From positions 87,916,001-87,980,000 of the forward strand of contig CM060731.1 in assembly GCA_030704615.1 (NCBI GenBank): 64,000 bases of DNA. Direction: 5' to 3'. Below the pieces are notes generated by a model that did no database searches, was not told the origin of the DNA, and saw nothing but the letters and a program-made list of their open reading frames with translations. Of the stretch, positions 1 to 14,690 are shown piece by piece (position 1 is the first letter of the stretch; every line of letters starts with the position of its first letter). The stretch is from Takakia lepidozioides. Taxonomy: Eukaryota; Plantae; Bryophyta. A program made the translations under genes and the position numbers.

Positions 1-490
1 GCTTGTCTTGGATCACTTCAAGGTACCTGTGTATACATATCTTGGATCTGTAATGTGGCAAGAAGTTCTTATATGCCCATGATATCTTGCATGGTGCATA
101 TCTTATGGATAACTATGGATGATATAATCTGAGGCTACAATCTGACTTATATTGTGCAAGAGGGTCACTTGGGTACATGACAGGAATCTGATTATGAATA
201 TACCCCGCCCTCCCGGTCCTTCAAGGTGCTTGTATGAACATACCTTGAATCTGTAGCAGGGCAGGCTGTTCTTACCTACCCAAGGAGCCTTGCATGGTGC
301 ATGTCTTGGGTTACTTACAGGAATTTGAACATGCTGCAGCAATCTGATTTTTCAGTACACAAGATGCTTGCTTATATGCTTGTCTTGTTGTCATGACATG
401 TACATAAACAAACCCCGCCCTCCCACCCTGTTTTATCATGAATGATTGGGTGAAATCAATTGGGAAGTCATGACAAGAATGGAAGTGTTA

Positions 491-1499
491 GATGGTGCCC
501 TGTTTATGGGCTGTTTATGTCTTTAATTGACAATGACCCTACTGGGTCTTGTCCATGTCTTGACATGACATGAGTATCTTCCCTCTCCCTCTCTCTTTTT
601 AACTTTTTCTGCAGAGGGGTCAACTCTGAGGTTAAGAAAACCATGCTTTGTCGCATTATTAGACCTGCCTTGGAGTACGGATATGCAATATGGGTTGATA
701 AATCTGACTTAGAGGCTGTAGTGTCCAAAGCCATGTCTGTTGCCATGAGATTGTCTGATGAAAATGAAGTTAGGCAGAAAACTTCCCTAAACTTGTTTCC
801 AGTCAATGACATGGGGGAGGACATCTTGGATGACCTCAAGGGTCTACCCACTCTCGGCACTAGACTGAAATTTAAACTCAGGACGGGAAGCCTACCTTTG
901 AACAGCAAACAGAAGCATAGAGGAAAGGGAGAGTGCAATTGCCCGTTGTGTGGGCAATCTGAAGACAATACTCATTTTCTGATACACTGTCTGGGGTTCT
1001 CTCACCAAAGAGACGCTCTCTTCAAATCTATCAAGGGAATTGTGCCTGTACCTCTGTTTACCAACTTTGGAAGTCTCAAGGCTGAGCCAAAAGCCCAGGC
1101 CCTCCCGAGGCCTAGTTATTGGGCAAATCACACACAACACATTGATGTTTGTGTGAAGGGATTTCTAGAGGATATCTGGAAAACCCAGATTAATTCTATA
1201 TATGAAGGTAAGTCTTACTACCAACGTCAGCCCCTGACAGAGGCAGGTTCTGTCCCTTTGGTTTCCGCTCAAACTGGGCGCGGGGTCAATGGCCACAAGG
1301 CTACGGCAAACAACGTCTTATGAGTACAATCTTTTTAACTTTTTCTGCACCCTCTCTCCCTTGTGGTTTGTTTATTTTTGTGAGCAGCAAAAAAAAGAGG
1401 GAAGATACTTTTTGTCATGTCAAGACAAAGACATGACCCCTAGGGTCGTTGTCATGAAAGAATAATCAGACATATCAGCCACTTAACAGTGGCACCATC
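491..1499. repeat. Imperfect ~100-bp inverted repeat (491-586 / 1396-1499) flanking the LINE insertion
   Basis: GATGGTGCC...TCTTGACATGACA..AGTATCTTCCCTCT matches the reverse complement AGAGGGAAGATACT..TGTCATGTCAAGA...GGCACCATC. Confidence 0.7.
614..1329 (+). mobile_element. 5'-truncated non-LTR retrotransposon (RTE/RTEX-like) with 20-bp target-site duplication
   Basis: TCTTTTTAACTTTTTCTGCA occurs at 594-613 and 1330-1349. ORF 643-1323 has the RT-end motif RPALEYGYAIW and a C-terminal zinc knuckle CPLC-x8-HFLIHC. It lacks a segment present in the copy at 22.7-22.9 kb. Confidence 0.85.
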
Positions 1500-2029
1500 C
1501 ATCAATCATCAAGCTTAGAAAATCCAGAATTACATCCATGCACAATAATGTGTTCATGTCAGTATTATTCATAACCCAAAGAGTATGCCACTGATGCTGA
1601 TTGACCACCAGTCATGATCGTGATACACATTCAGAGGTCTGGGTGGGGTGGCGGGTACTTGACCATATTTTGGCCTTGATGTGGTGCAGGTCAAATGGTC
1701 ATACAGATTTACTGTCCGCAAGCTGTAATCCAAGCATACTTACTCAAACCCCATGGGTGTCATGGAGGGTTTTATTTAAAAAAGCAAAAAGAACACTTGG
1801 ATATCACAGATTTAAATACCTTGCCCTGCCAGTATTTGTTTAGACTGGTATGCAACACAGTTTGCCACCACAGGGGAGGTGGATATGTCTAGTAAGTTTT
1901 CCAGAATACCCCTATACCTTTATTTTTTGCTACAGCTGAAATTCAAAGTTCATGACACAGCAAGGTAAAGATAAAGGACTGCATACACATCCTGTGACAG
2001 TATATGATACTGTCAGTACACCCTATTCA

Positions 2030-3880
2030 CATCATTCCACATTTGACCATGTCATTACACCAGGGGGTATTTCCACTTGACCACCCTAGCTGCCTCAAAA
2101 ACCAGTTACCAGTTATATTGTTGCCATATTTCAGTGTCAGCCGAATAGCCACAGGCAGAATCTTCACCATACCCTGGCCTAAGCATCTAGCTAACAAAGC
2201 CATCCGGGTTGGAACATAACAGGGGCATTTTACCAACATGGGTACCCGAGTAGTTGCAGCAAACAGTTCCTTGCAGCCTCTCAATTTGTTTCCAACTACC
2301 ATAAGGTTAGCAAAGCAAACTAGGGCCTGGAAAACAGATGTGTGTCTCTCACACAAGCCATCATAAACCCGGGTGTCACAACAAAGCAGAGGTTTTCCAC
2401 TGGCTGGGCCGAAATAGCCCATCGTAGAAAGCATTACACTTGTTCTTCATAAATAAAGGAAGGAAAGAGGTAGGATCAAGAAAAACCATAGAGTAGTTTA
2501 GTTTTTCAACATTTTAAGATGAGTCCCTGGCAAACGATTCCTTCCCCTGCTCTGCAATCCCACTTGGCATCCAGCAGCACCTAGACATCAGTATATCAAG
2601 TGGAAGCCCTCATCTGTGCCCGTCCCAAAAACAACCACAACGCATTGTGAGTTAGTGAGGATGCACGAGGTGAGTAACAGGCTTCCACAATTGCTATCGA
2701 GGTCAAATACACTTCAATCTAAGCGCAGAGAATGCCAAAGAAAACAGGGAAGCAAAACAAACAGAAAAAAGAACCTTTTGTACTGTCTGGGGGAGAGTCG
2801 TCATCTCTCCACAAGCCTAACCGTGCAGGGAGGACTCCGCCAGCACCACAACACTGCTATCTTAACCAAAGCAAAGTCTTGCCAAGCACAAGAAAAAAGA
2901 GCTTGGTCTCAAAAGGTAGGGTTTATAAAGAGAGGGAGAGAGACTTCCTTGTTCTACCAAGACGCCGCCATTCATCAAAGATCTAGAGGAGGGCTCCTAG
3001 GGAAACGTCATAAGCATGCAGGTGGCACCTCCGCCATCACTGCCGCGGTTCCCTTGTGCAGCAAAAAAACAGACAACTGAGACACTGAATCTTCCCTCAT
3101 CTCTAAGCCACCGCCATCGCCTTAAAGAGCCCGCCTAGGCGGCGCTCACAGGAGCCATAAACACTCAAGGATTGGCAGCTCAAGGTATCTGTAGCACAAG
3201 CACCATCGCTCCTCCCAAGCCGCCATCGCGCGCGCTCTTGTAGCGCAAAAAGAAAGACATTAGGGTTGCGCAGGGTTTTCCCCTGTCTAGCCCATCATTC
3301 ATCCTTCTCAGGATGAAAAACATCCGCCAGCCTGTACGCCCGACGGACGTTGTCCGTTTCTCATTCTCGGAAGATGAAAGACATCGTGCGTTCATCATGT
3401 CTTGCACTCAACGGATGTAGTCCATATTTCATCTAGGTTATATGAAAAACATCGGGGGTTTATACCTGTCTTGCCCCGTATTTAGGTCATGTCAGATGAA
3501 GTCCTTTTTTCATCCAGGTTGGATTGAAAAGTAGAAACTGACGGGAGTTTTGCAACTCGCAGGTATTTAGTGAAGAAATATTTCACTAGGGAAAATTTTG
3601 TATTTTGGATGAAAAACATCCACAATTCCCTGCAACCCAATTTTTCAATTTTTTTCAATTTCCTCAAAGATGAAAGTCGGGACAACAATTCCATAAGCCC
3701 AGTTTCCAGAAGGAGAGAGAGGGAGAGAGAGGGAGAGAGAGGGACAGAGAGAGGGAGAGATCAGGAAACAAAAATAAATAAAAATGGGGGGGGGGGGGGG
3801 AGTGACTAAGCCCGTGGTGCTCAGTCACTCCCCCCCCCCCCCCCCCCACCTTTTTCTTTTCTCTTTGTTGCCCCCTCTTG
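2030..3880 (-). repeat. Degenerate unclassified repeat element, related in inverted orientation to 22910-24562; rich in TTCATCC/GGATGAA motifs
   Basis: Shared blocks such as AAGACGCCGCCATT vs AATGGCGGCGTCTT and CCGGATGGCTT; clustered GGATGAA/TTCATCC mini-palindromes at 3295-3675 and 23010-23635; G-run/C-run hairpin at 3786-3848. Confidence 0.45.
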
Positions 3881-3980
3881 AGACCCCAAGCACTTGCTGC
3901 TCTCAGCCCCCGACATGCTTGGTTTTTTTTTTTTTTTTAATATCTGGAATGTAGAGGTTGTTTCCTAATGAGGCCAACTT

Positions 3981-4895
3981 GTGGGTTTGCATGACAGGTG
4001 CCAGCTTATGGGGAAAGAGAAGAAGTCCCCTGTACCCCCAGCTGCACTTCCGACATTACATCCTCAACCACCTCCACTTTCATCTCCTCCGCCAGCAGTA
4101 CCACCTCCACCTCCACCTCCACGTGCATGTGCCCCCCGAACCCCTAGGAGGGGTCGGCTTCGCCCTAGGTTTCCTCCCCTTCGGCTTGGGCAGCCTGAGC
4201 CGGATCCTCGCCCCCGATGGGAAGCGCATAACACTATGTTACAGAGGACCGTCCAGCCTCGTTGTTGGGGGAATCATCTCGACCCTCCCACCCCCATCCG
4301 AGAAAATGTGGAGTTCGGGTATTGGGGGAGACGGTATGTTGTGAGAGCCGCTACAGACCCTGCTATGGGTCGGGGTTTATTCACGGTCAATGATATTGTG
4401 GTTCCTCCTCGGAGAAACAACATGGTGGACTTGTTTCCCTACTACGGTCCATACTACATCTCCGCGGAGTTCCGTACATTACGCCTCGAAGCCCCATGCA
4501 TCCTACCCTACATTTTGTGTGTCAACGGACAGGATGTACGTAGACGGGGTTTGTCTCCCATTGAGATCAGATTTTGTGATGGTGACCCCGACATCTTCGG
4601 CAATGTTGCTGGGCTGGTCAATAGTTCTTTTGGTCATCCTAGGAGAACCAATGTAGTATGGGACGAGCGAAGCGATGGGCATGAGAGCTGTTGTGGTCAT
4701 ACGTCAGTATACTGTGAGGGGATGCACATGTTTGTGATGACATGTGCTAGTATGACTATTAAGGCTGGCAGCGAACTATTTGCATCATACGAGTTCTCCC
4801 AGGATGATTGGGACCTCCGATTACAGCGTGAGTGGGATGTGTGTGATAGAAATAGGGTTCCTTTGAGACAGGGATCGCGCAGAGGGGTATTGTAG
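3981..4895 (+). CDS. SET-domain protein with Pro-rich N-terminus (start uncertain)
   Basis: SET motifs in order: MGRGLF, FPYYG, GNVAGLVNSS (NHS-like), IKAGSELFASY. Confidence 0.75.
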   Translation: MGLHDRCQLMGKEKKSPVPPAALPTLHPQPPPLSSPPPAVPPPPPPPRACAPRTPRRGRLRPRFPPLRLGQPEPDPRPRWEAHNTMLQRTVQPRCWGNHLDPPTPIRENVEFGYWGRRYVVRAATDPAMGRGLFTVNDIVVPPRRNNMVDLFPYYGPYYISAEFRTLRLEAPCILPYILCVNGQDVRRRGLSPIEIRFCDGDPDIFGNVAGLVNSSFGHPRRTNVVWDERSDGHESCCGHTSVYCEGMHMFVMTCASMTIKAGSELFASYEFSQDDWDLRLQREWDVCDRNRVPLRQGSRRGVL

Positions 4896-5843
4896 ATATT
4901 CTCATGATGTACTTTGTATACATCCGATTAATCGATTGATGTAAAAAAAATTCTTGTTGCTCGTGTGGGTTGCAACTTTGCATATGTGATCTAAACATAC
5001 TTATGCACATGTGGACCAAATATGAGCTTGAACCAAGTTGATTCAATGGATCATTCTAGTGTTGAACGCAGCTACGTGTCATTGAGACGGAAAATTGTGT
5101 TTCGCATGCAGATGATTTTTTTTTTATTCCATCTTCAAGCCATATGCTTAATGATAGCATATGCAATGTGCGTGCAAAATTTGGGAGTAAACAAAAGTTA
5201 TTTGGACCCATAACCAAATTTTGTTCTTTCATTTGCATTTCAAAGTTGAGTTATCTTAAACTTCATGCACTCTTCATAGAGAGTTATGCAAAAGTGACCC
5301 TAGAAACACATTTTTTATTTATTTTTTTGTCCCATTTTTTGCATGGATGTAGTGGTGCAAAGCCCGATGTCACAGAACAAAAAAGAGCTAAAAATAAAAT
5401 CATTACACCCCTCAAAACCGCAATAATATATTTTCTAAATGCAAATATTTATTTTAAATTCATTTAAATTCGATTTAATTCAAAATTGGTGCAAGGGTGA
5501 GTGCGTCGTTGGGGAGGCATTTTTTATTTATTTTTTATTTATTTTAGCGCTGGATCTTTGTACAGGTGTTGCACACTTATTTAAGCACATGTAGGAAAAA
5601 ATGAAGCTTGAGCCACATCCGTTTGTTGGGTGCAATGGCATGAGAGGATTTTCTTTCACATTAATAAACAAAAATTGGTTGATAGGGTGAATGCGTCATT
5701 GGGGGGGCAAATGATTTTGTTTGGGTTTGAAACTTTGCATGCGTGTACGTTGCGCACATACATGTAATTATTTGAATGACATATTTGATGCACACACACA
5801 TTGAAGGTTGTTGTTTGCATTTCGCTTACAGTGAAGTGTATGG

Positions 5844-7930
5844 TTGCAAGGACACATTATAATATATATCCCTATGTTCATTTGTTCGTATCAGGACTTT
5901 GTCCATCCCTTCCCGGTCATTTCTTTTGGCACCCCATCCGAAAACAACCCAAGTACATCAGGCGGGAGCCGTGGGCGAGACGCCGCCCCCACGGTACCGG
6001 ACGATGATGACGATGACAGTGACAGTGACAATGACAACAACAATGAGCATGGAATTAACCAGGAGGATGTGCAAGCCATGGAGGATCTCTTAATGCATCA
6101 TGTGGGCGCTGATGCATCCCATGAAGAGGGAACCCGGCCAATCGATGATCCTGAAATGCCCCCCTCAAATGACATGGAGAGGGAGGCGAGAACTCCCTTG
6201 TACGAAGGGGCGAAAGTGAGTCGACTTTCAACAATCTTACTTTTGCTCAATCTTCAAATTCGATTTGGCATAAATAATGTTGGGATGTCTGCCATAATGT
6301 GAACTATTGCAGACTATATCCTTGCTCCACACTTGAAACCCAAGATTTGCTATAACCTCAAAAATTCTACGGAATGATATTAACCATAATACCTTCCAAA
6401 AAGTACTAAGATCCATAATAAAATCTCTAGAACTAATCACGAATACCACCACGATTACATAGAGGCACGGTCGCGGAAAGAGGCGCGCGAAGTCTTGGAC
6501 TCTATGGGGATGGGCTATAAGATTTTTCATGCATGTCCATGTGATAAAACCCTATACTACGGAGAAGATTCGCATCTCACCAAGTGCCCAAAGTGCAAGA
6601 AAGACCGATATCGGGATGATGTCCAAGGGAAAAAAGTACCACGCAAGGTATAAGCGCCATTCCCCCTCGCATGGAGATTACTTTCTTTAATCTTCTCAAT
6701 GTATGTAAAGTTTATTCCACAAAGTTTAGGGTTTAGAGAGTAGTACTCATGCAAGATCTGATTGTGGTTTTGGAAGGAGTGAGTGAGACCATTCACACCC
6801 AAATGAGGGAGAGGCTGCATAAAGGGAAAGGCATAAGGGTGTTGTATTATGTGTGCTAATGGGATGATTACATGTGGGGGGCGTGGGGTATTTCATCCTA
6901 GAAAATGCAATACTTTCTGATCATCCCGCGATTGAGGGCACAATACCGAAGCCCCGAATTGGCCAGACTCATGAGATGGCACGCCTCGCATCGGAGCCCC
7001 CCGGGAAAGGTGTGCGGGTCACAAGATTCACAAGCATGGAGACATATTGAAGAGATGTGGCCTTCCTCTTGGAGGACCCACGACATGTCCACCTCGGCTT
7101 CTCCTCGGATGGGGTCAACCCATTCTCTGTCCAGTCATGTAGTCATTCCACTTGGCCGGTGACCATGGTGAATTACAACATCCCTCCGTATCTTTCAATT
7201 AAAAAAGGCCATATCATGTTGGCTGCCATTGTGCCAGGTGAGTGTATTCATTTCATGTTTATTATTGCCTTAGACTTTACATTAAACTTCAGATCACTGA
7301 CACAATTCGGATGCAAGATTGATGAGTGACATAATCATGGAGTAAGACGTGTAATTCATTTTGTAGTATAATCTGCATATTGGTGGAGCATTGAAACAAT
7401 GATGTGAATGTCTCATAGGGAAAAAACAAGTGGCAAATATGGACATGTACTTGCGACCACTTGTTGATGAACTTAAGGAGCTATGGAGGGGGTCCCGGCA
7501 TTGGATGCTTCACTTGACCCTATGGCTGGACAATCTTTTCAGATGAGAGACATCTTGCTTTGGACAATGCATGATTATCCAGGTATATTATGTTCCCCAT
7601 GAACAACCCGCGTACATTCACTTGTCAATGCCGGATAATATCGATGAGGATTGGGATTGATTGAAGTAGCGGCGACAGTCTTGTGCACCGTAGTGGGGTA
7701 GATGGCATTATGGGCCATGCACATGACAACTTTTTGTTTTTGCTAATGTGGCGGGATGTGTAGTACAGGACTAACTGTTTGCTTGGGGCTAAGCATCAAA
7801 AGGTACCATGCATGCTTGCATTATGACGATGATCTTGATGCACATAGCTCCCGCCATCTTCACAAGATGGTGTATCCCAACTACCGCAAATTTCTTCCTA
7901 TGAGCCATTGATGGAGAAGAAGAGAGAAAC
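5844..7930 (+). pseudogene. CACTA (En/Spm) TnpD-like transposase relic with introns
   Basis: TPLYEGAKVSRLS; HACPCDK..Y...CPKC; MQYFLIIPRL..LMRWH; LGFSSDGVNPF..HSTWPV..NYNIPP; YLRPLVDELKELW; WTMHDYPG; YRKFLP. Confidence 0.85.
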
Positions 7931-8284
7931 ACTCGTTTGCCCTTCTTTGTCGGCGTGCCATAAAGAACCCAAAAAATGGACGAGCAGACATTCTTCTCAA
8001 TATGCATGGGATCTAGAAGATGGCGAATCTTCAGGTCCTACATATATCCCCACCCACAAAGACTTACACAAATTTTTTTATGTGAAAGTGACAATGCAAC
8101 GCATACCAAATGTGCAATATCACATGCATGCATAGGGATATTGACAGTGTTTTTGTGGAATATGTACCGCCCAATATGGCAACTCGTAGAAGATTGAAAG
8201 TCGTTTCATGCCGGGCACGTCCACTTCACCGTCTGTGCCCGCATGGGCCTCCTTCCATCGGTCCTCCCAAAACTGCCTGGACGG
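7930..8284 (-). pseudogene. Downstream segment of CACTA transposase in inverted orientation
   Basis: Minus strand reads KRLSIFYELPYW, then an intron, then DLKIRHLLDPMHIEKNVCSSI. Confidence 0.8.
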
Positions 8285-9598
8285 TGTCATAGGGGGGGGG
8301 ACGTACTTCCTCTTTGCCATCCACTTGCTAGCTCAAGAGCCACTCCTCTCAAGCTTGAAATTGCAAAGCTCAAGCCAAAAGCATGCTCCACACATGCATC
8401 ACCTCATACACAAGGGAATCAACTTGCTCCTTTTACCTTCCAGCTCTCCTCAAGCTTGAAATTGGAAGCCACACTTGGGAAGCATGCTCCACATAAGCAT
8501 CACTTGCTTGATCAACCATCCACCACAAAACTTAAGCCAAAAGGGAATGAATACATGAGCTTCACTTTCCCCTTCCTTGTCGTGTTACATGTTAGTCTAT
8601 GGTTGAAGTTGTTATGCATGCCTTGAGCCACAATCTCTTTTCTTCATGAAGACCACCTCCAATGATCTCCCACATGTGCTCCAAGCTCTTCAATGCTCTA
8701 GGCTTGGTTTCACATCATCAATGATAGAATTTTCACCCATATGCTTCCCTTCAAACCTCTTGAGCTTCCTAATGCTCTCCAAGTGTTTGCCCTTGTTGTC
8801 TTCAAGCCCAAGCCTATGTAGCTCCTTGGCTTCTCTTCCACAACATCCACACTTGAGCTTGCTTAACCCTAGATTGATAGTGACATGAGTACTAACAATC
8901 ATTTAGTTGCTCTCCACAAGCCATGGCATATACCATTGACTCCATAATACATAGAAATGATTCTCAAACCCTAGAATCCATGCTTCCACACACACAAGAC
9001 TTCCCTCTTGCAATCCTTGCAAATCTTGTGGCAACAAACTCCTTCTTGAGCTCTCCAACACCTCCTTAGGGCAAAGCAATATCTCTCAAAGCCCTAACAC
9101 CACAAGGATTTTCCTTTGCAATATATGCAACACCTTGCAACACAAGAGCTATCTTCCAAAGCTCTTCAACACACAAGTCCTAAACTAACCCTTACACTCC
9201 GCACTCACAAGCATAAGGTGATCTTCTTGTAATGATAATGAAAGTGAACACAAGGGAAACACTCCACTCATGAATCCACTCAATCACATAAACTAAGTCA
9301 AGCCAAGGGCACCCTTGCTAAGGGAATCCACCTTACAAAGCCCTCAACACACTCCCTCTCAATACCTAGAGCTATGGAGGTGAGAGAGGCTCATGGAGGC
9401 TCAACTACAAGAAGATGAGCCCTCCTCAACGCTCACAAGGGCAAAACCCATCCCCATGTCCCAAGTGAGGTTTGACACCTCACTTGGCATGTGAGACCAA
9501 ATGAAGTCCCAACACACAAAATACAAATATGAATATCCAAAATATCCTAGTTAACTAGAAGTAGGTAATTCTAGTTAACCATGACTAAAACCATGACA
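8285..9598 (-). mobile_element. Solo LTR (1314 bp) without matching TSD
   Basis: Termini TGTCAT...ATGACA. 9290-9598 matches 34676-34991 in reverse complement. Flanks GACGG and TGTGG differ. Confidence 0.7.
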
Positions 9599-9599
9599 T

Positions 9600-12500
9600 G
9601 TGGATCAGGCATCTGCAATACATGAAACAGATGTAGAGGAGATCACCAGTGTCATTCCCAAACTGAAAGCCATGGGTGGGATGGCAGGATTCAAGAGTGA
9701 GTTGAGGGGGATTAACTGGAGCACTTTCAATGTTGAGCGTGTGAAGTTCTTGCCAGAGTCATTTGATGGTAATATTGTTTTCAAGCTGCCCCCTCCGGGA
9801 CGAGTCGGAGGCATTTCTAGTCTCATGGAAGGCATGGACAAAAAGCACGATGGGCACCCCTGATGCCGAACAAAAACCTCCAATATTCACAACCATGACA
9901 ACCTCATATTCAGGAGAACAGTCTGTAATGGGCACCTCAAATGCGAGAACATGAAATGCAGACACTTCACTGTCAGGTGTACAAAACCAAAGCGAATGGG
10001 ATGGTATCACTGAGAATCCATTCAAGCCTGGAATGACGCCACCATACAGTAACACTTTTGTGTGCAAGTTCTGTAGGCTCGCACCTTCTTGTCTTGCATT
10101 GTGTGGCGCCAGAATGTACTATGTGGTGCACCGATTCAAAACCCTGACTACACAATCACCCTGTGTCTAAGGGGGATTACAGGGAAAGCATTGAGGCAGT
10201 CTCGCGCCTCATAAGATAGGAGTTGGATAGCAATCCAACTGGAACCACTTCTGCAATTGCTATGGGGGCGAGCAAGTCCTTCCTGGAAAGCCACATTCTA
10301 TGTGAATCAGATTCTGTTGGAGGAAAACTGGAGGGACCAGCTTTGGACATTGTTATGGACCATTTTTCAACATTGACTTGTCCGAACATTAGGAATCAAG
10401 TGAATGCTTTGAGAATGGGCTCTGGGAGCCGAGGTTATATGGACAATATTATGGATTTGAAGAAAAGGAGTAGGTATGACTACATCCAAGACATCGTTTT
10501 TCCGGGGCAAGGAGCCAAGAAAGTATTCATGTTCAAAATGTCAACAAAAGGTGAGGGCAGCGGAGTCAGCCTGGTGAAACTTATGCAGAAGGGTGGCGAT
10601 CTTGGCATTTGTTTTCTTATGTTCGATCACATGAAGAGGGTTAAAGACTGGACCATAATGGCATGTCATGTTTACAACCCAGTGTACCAGCGAGTCATGA
10701 CAATTGCAGTGTATAACATGCAATCAGAGGACACCGAATCACAACAAGTCATGTGGGAAGCTTTGATTCGCGTGATGGCCTCCAATGGTCTGCCATCTCC
10801 AATTTTATTGGATTCATGGTCGACAGTGCTCAAGCGAACTTCAACGCTGTTCGCATTGTGTTCGGGGCGGGAGATCCAAAAGTGCCAATGCCTGGAAGAG
10901 AACGTACGTGTCTTTTCCATTGGACGCAGTCCCTGGACAAACACACAAAGGCATACATCAAACCGGACATGCAGAGTATGCACCGTCAATTGTGCAAACA
11001 GTACAAAGATGCCAAAACTATGGGGGAAGCGAATACATTGTTTCAGACAATTCGTGCCTGGTGGTATTCATCTGGAGCGGCGTCAGAAGACAACATGAGG
11101 GCACTGGAAGACCGGTTCGCATTTTGGCACTTCCGTTACCGACAGTGGGGAGCGGCCATGACAACGATAAGTGATTTATATTCATCTTCCTTTCGGTGCT
11201 TCCGAGTTGTCTTTCAGACTCCCAATCCTCATATCGGCTATGTGTTTTTGCACCTTGCAGCATATGTCCATTGAGGAAATGGCGGACATGCCTTCTTGCA
11301 ATCTAGCGGAGACAGTGCACAATGCCTGGTTGCAGCAGTCCGGCAAAAGGGGAAGAGATTTGTATGCGGCCATGGCCGATGACCTGACCCGTGCTCTCCA
11401 GCAACAACCCAGATACAGGTCATTCTTGAGGGGTGGCGTTGGTGGCAAAAGCCCCGACAGGAACGAGTTGATGTTGCAGGCGGCAATAAGATTGGGGGAT
11501 CCCAGCAAAATAGCAAGGGCAGCACGAGCATATGTGTGGATGGCACCCCTCTTGTGTCTAGAGTTCCCCATCTAGAAGGCAAAGAGAGATGCGGGTCTTG
11601 CAAACGAAAATTGGACACCCCTCCCGGATCGGATGCAGATTCCCATAGGGCAGACAGGGTCAACTTCTCCATGCCACGTGTTCCCTTGGATCAGAGATGG
11701 AATTGCGGAACATCCACAGGGGAGGGCCATTCAGCCCCAGACCACACCCCAGCATCAAGCACTCTTACTGCAATGGTTGAAGAACAGAACATGGTGCCGG
11801 ATGTGATGGAGTCCATGTGCTTGGACGAGGTTTGGCATATAGAACGCACAAATGTTGTATCTCGTGTGAAATGCGTAGCGATCAGGGTGCACGTCTTTAA
11901 TATCGAGAGGCAAAGAACGCACTCTAGCTCCTACATTCACTGGTTTGTTTCTCCCTTACGGACAAGGAGAGGCAAAGAACCACAAGTTCTGGTTCTGCGC
12001 TGACAATTGCGGGAGATGTGTGCATGGGACAGTGTGGCCCTCCGTGGTGATGAAGCCTATTCCACCAAGCGTGTGGCCTATGAAGATGGGCACAGGTCTC
12101 ACTCATCAAGATATCGCAATGCTGGAGGAGGCGGGTTTCTCCCTCGCCAGACATTCCATTACACGTGGAGGTGCTTCAAGTTCAAGCACTTCACAGGTAC
12201 CTCCTTTTGACGTTCACTTGTGGCCAACCAAACGGAATGGAAAGCTGGTTCGACGATTCCCTCCAACTGCAGAACACTTCGGCAAGGTCAAGTCCGCGAG
12301 AATGCTTCACGCTCGTGTTGCAGGAACAATGGAAGTGCCTGATCCGGGGTATGGTCGGGTCTACACCATGATCACATCCGCATCTACCCTACAAGACAAG
12401 ATGTACGATATCATTGTTTCCAATTTTCCCAATTGCACCTGTCCTGATTTTGTTGGTATGCTTTCAAGTAGTTTGGGAAAGAGAGGGAAATTCATATCGT

Positions 12501-12628
12501 GCAAACATCTTTATTTCGTCTTCTTGATAAGGGTGGTTTGTGATCCAAAGCGCGACTTCTTCATTCACCAAGCCACTATGAGTTTCAACGAAGTCAACAC
12601 ACTTCTACAGCAGGATACAAGCACATAG
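9600..12628 (+). pseudogene. MULE-family transposase (copy C): GCM-like Zn domain, DDE core, SWIM finger; 5' end cut by the LTR
   Basis: KHDGHP*CRTKTSNIHNH..RTVCNGHLKC; LMFDHMKR; FMVDSAQAN; CLFHW; CNLAETVH; CTCPDF..CKHLYF. Confidence 0.8.
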
Positions 12629-12819
12629 ACAGCATGCACTTGCCATGAAGAAATCTGAATTTTCCTTTACTACTACTTGTAATGGAATGAGTGTTGAAGT
12701 CCAGTGTCTCTCAGTGTATGTCCTCTAACATCTTCCCAATGCGTGGGTCTACAAATTTGTCGCATTCGTTCATCCTCCTCTGTTCATTTACAAACACAAC
12801 AAGCTTCCTTCAAATGGAC

Positions 12820-12985
12820 ATTCTCGGAAATCAACCTTGTGTTGACACAAGGTTGATTTCAGTTCTAGGAAAACAACCTCGTGTTAACACAAGGTTGGTT
12901 TGAGTTCTAGGAAAACAACCTCATGTCAACACAAGGTTGGTTTGAGTTCGAGGAAATCAACCTCGTGTCAACACAAGGTTGAACT
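12820..12985. repeat. Four ~39-bp tandem units with palindromic core AACCTCGTGTTAACACAAGGTT (subterminal to copy C)
   Basis: Direct inspection; followed by GCTCACG/CGTGAGC motifs at 13100-13190. Confidence 0.8.
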
Positions 12986-13296
12986 CTCCGGACACCCAAA
13001 ACCCTTAACCCGTCTCACCTTCATGTAGTAAAATCCCCAGTTGTAGGCTCCACGGTTATAGGCCCACCTTCTTTGTGGTGACGTGGCGCGACCTGGGCCA
13101 GGCTCACGCCACGTCAGTGACGTGAGCGTAGCATAGGCTCATGCCACTCACCGTTGTGTGAGCGTACGCTCACATGCTCACGCGGTAGCGTCGTTGGCCT
13201 GCCTGCAATCCATGATCTTCAATTGAGTATCCATGGCATTGAGCTCCCACCACCTAGACCTTGGATCACTTGTCAACTCTACCATTGTCATGCCCA

Positions 13297-14690
<1,394 letters not shown>

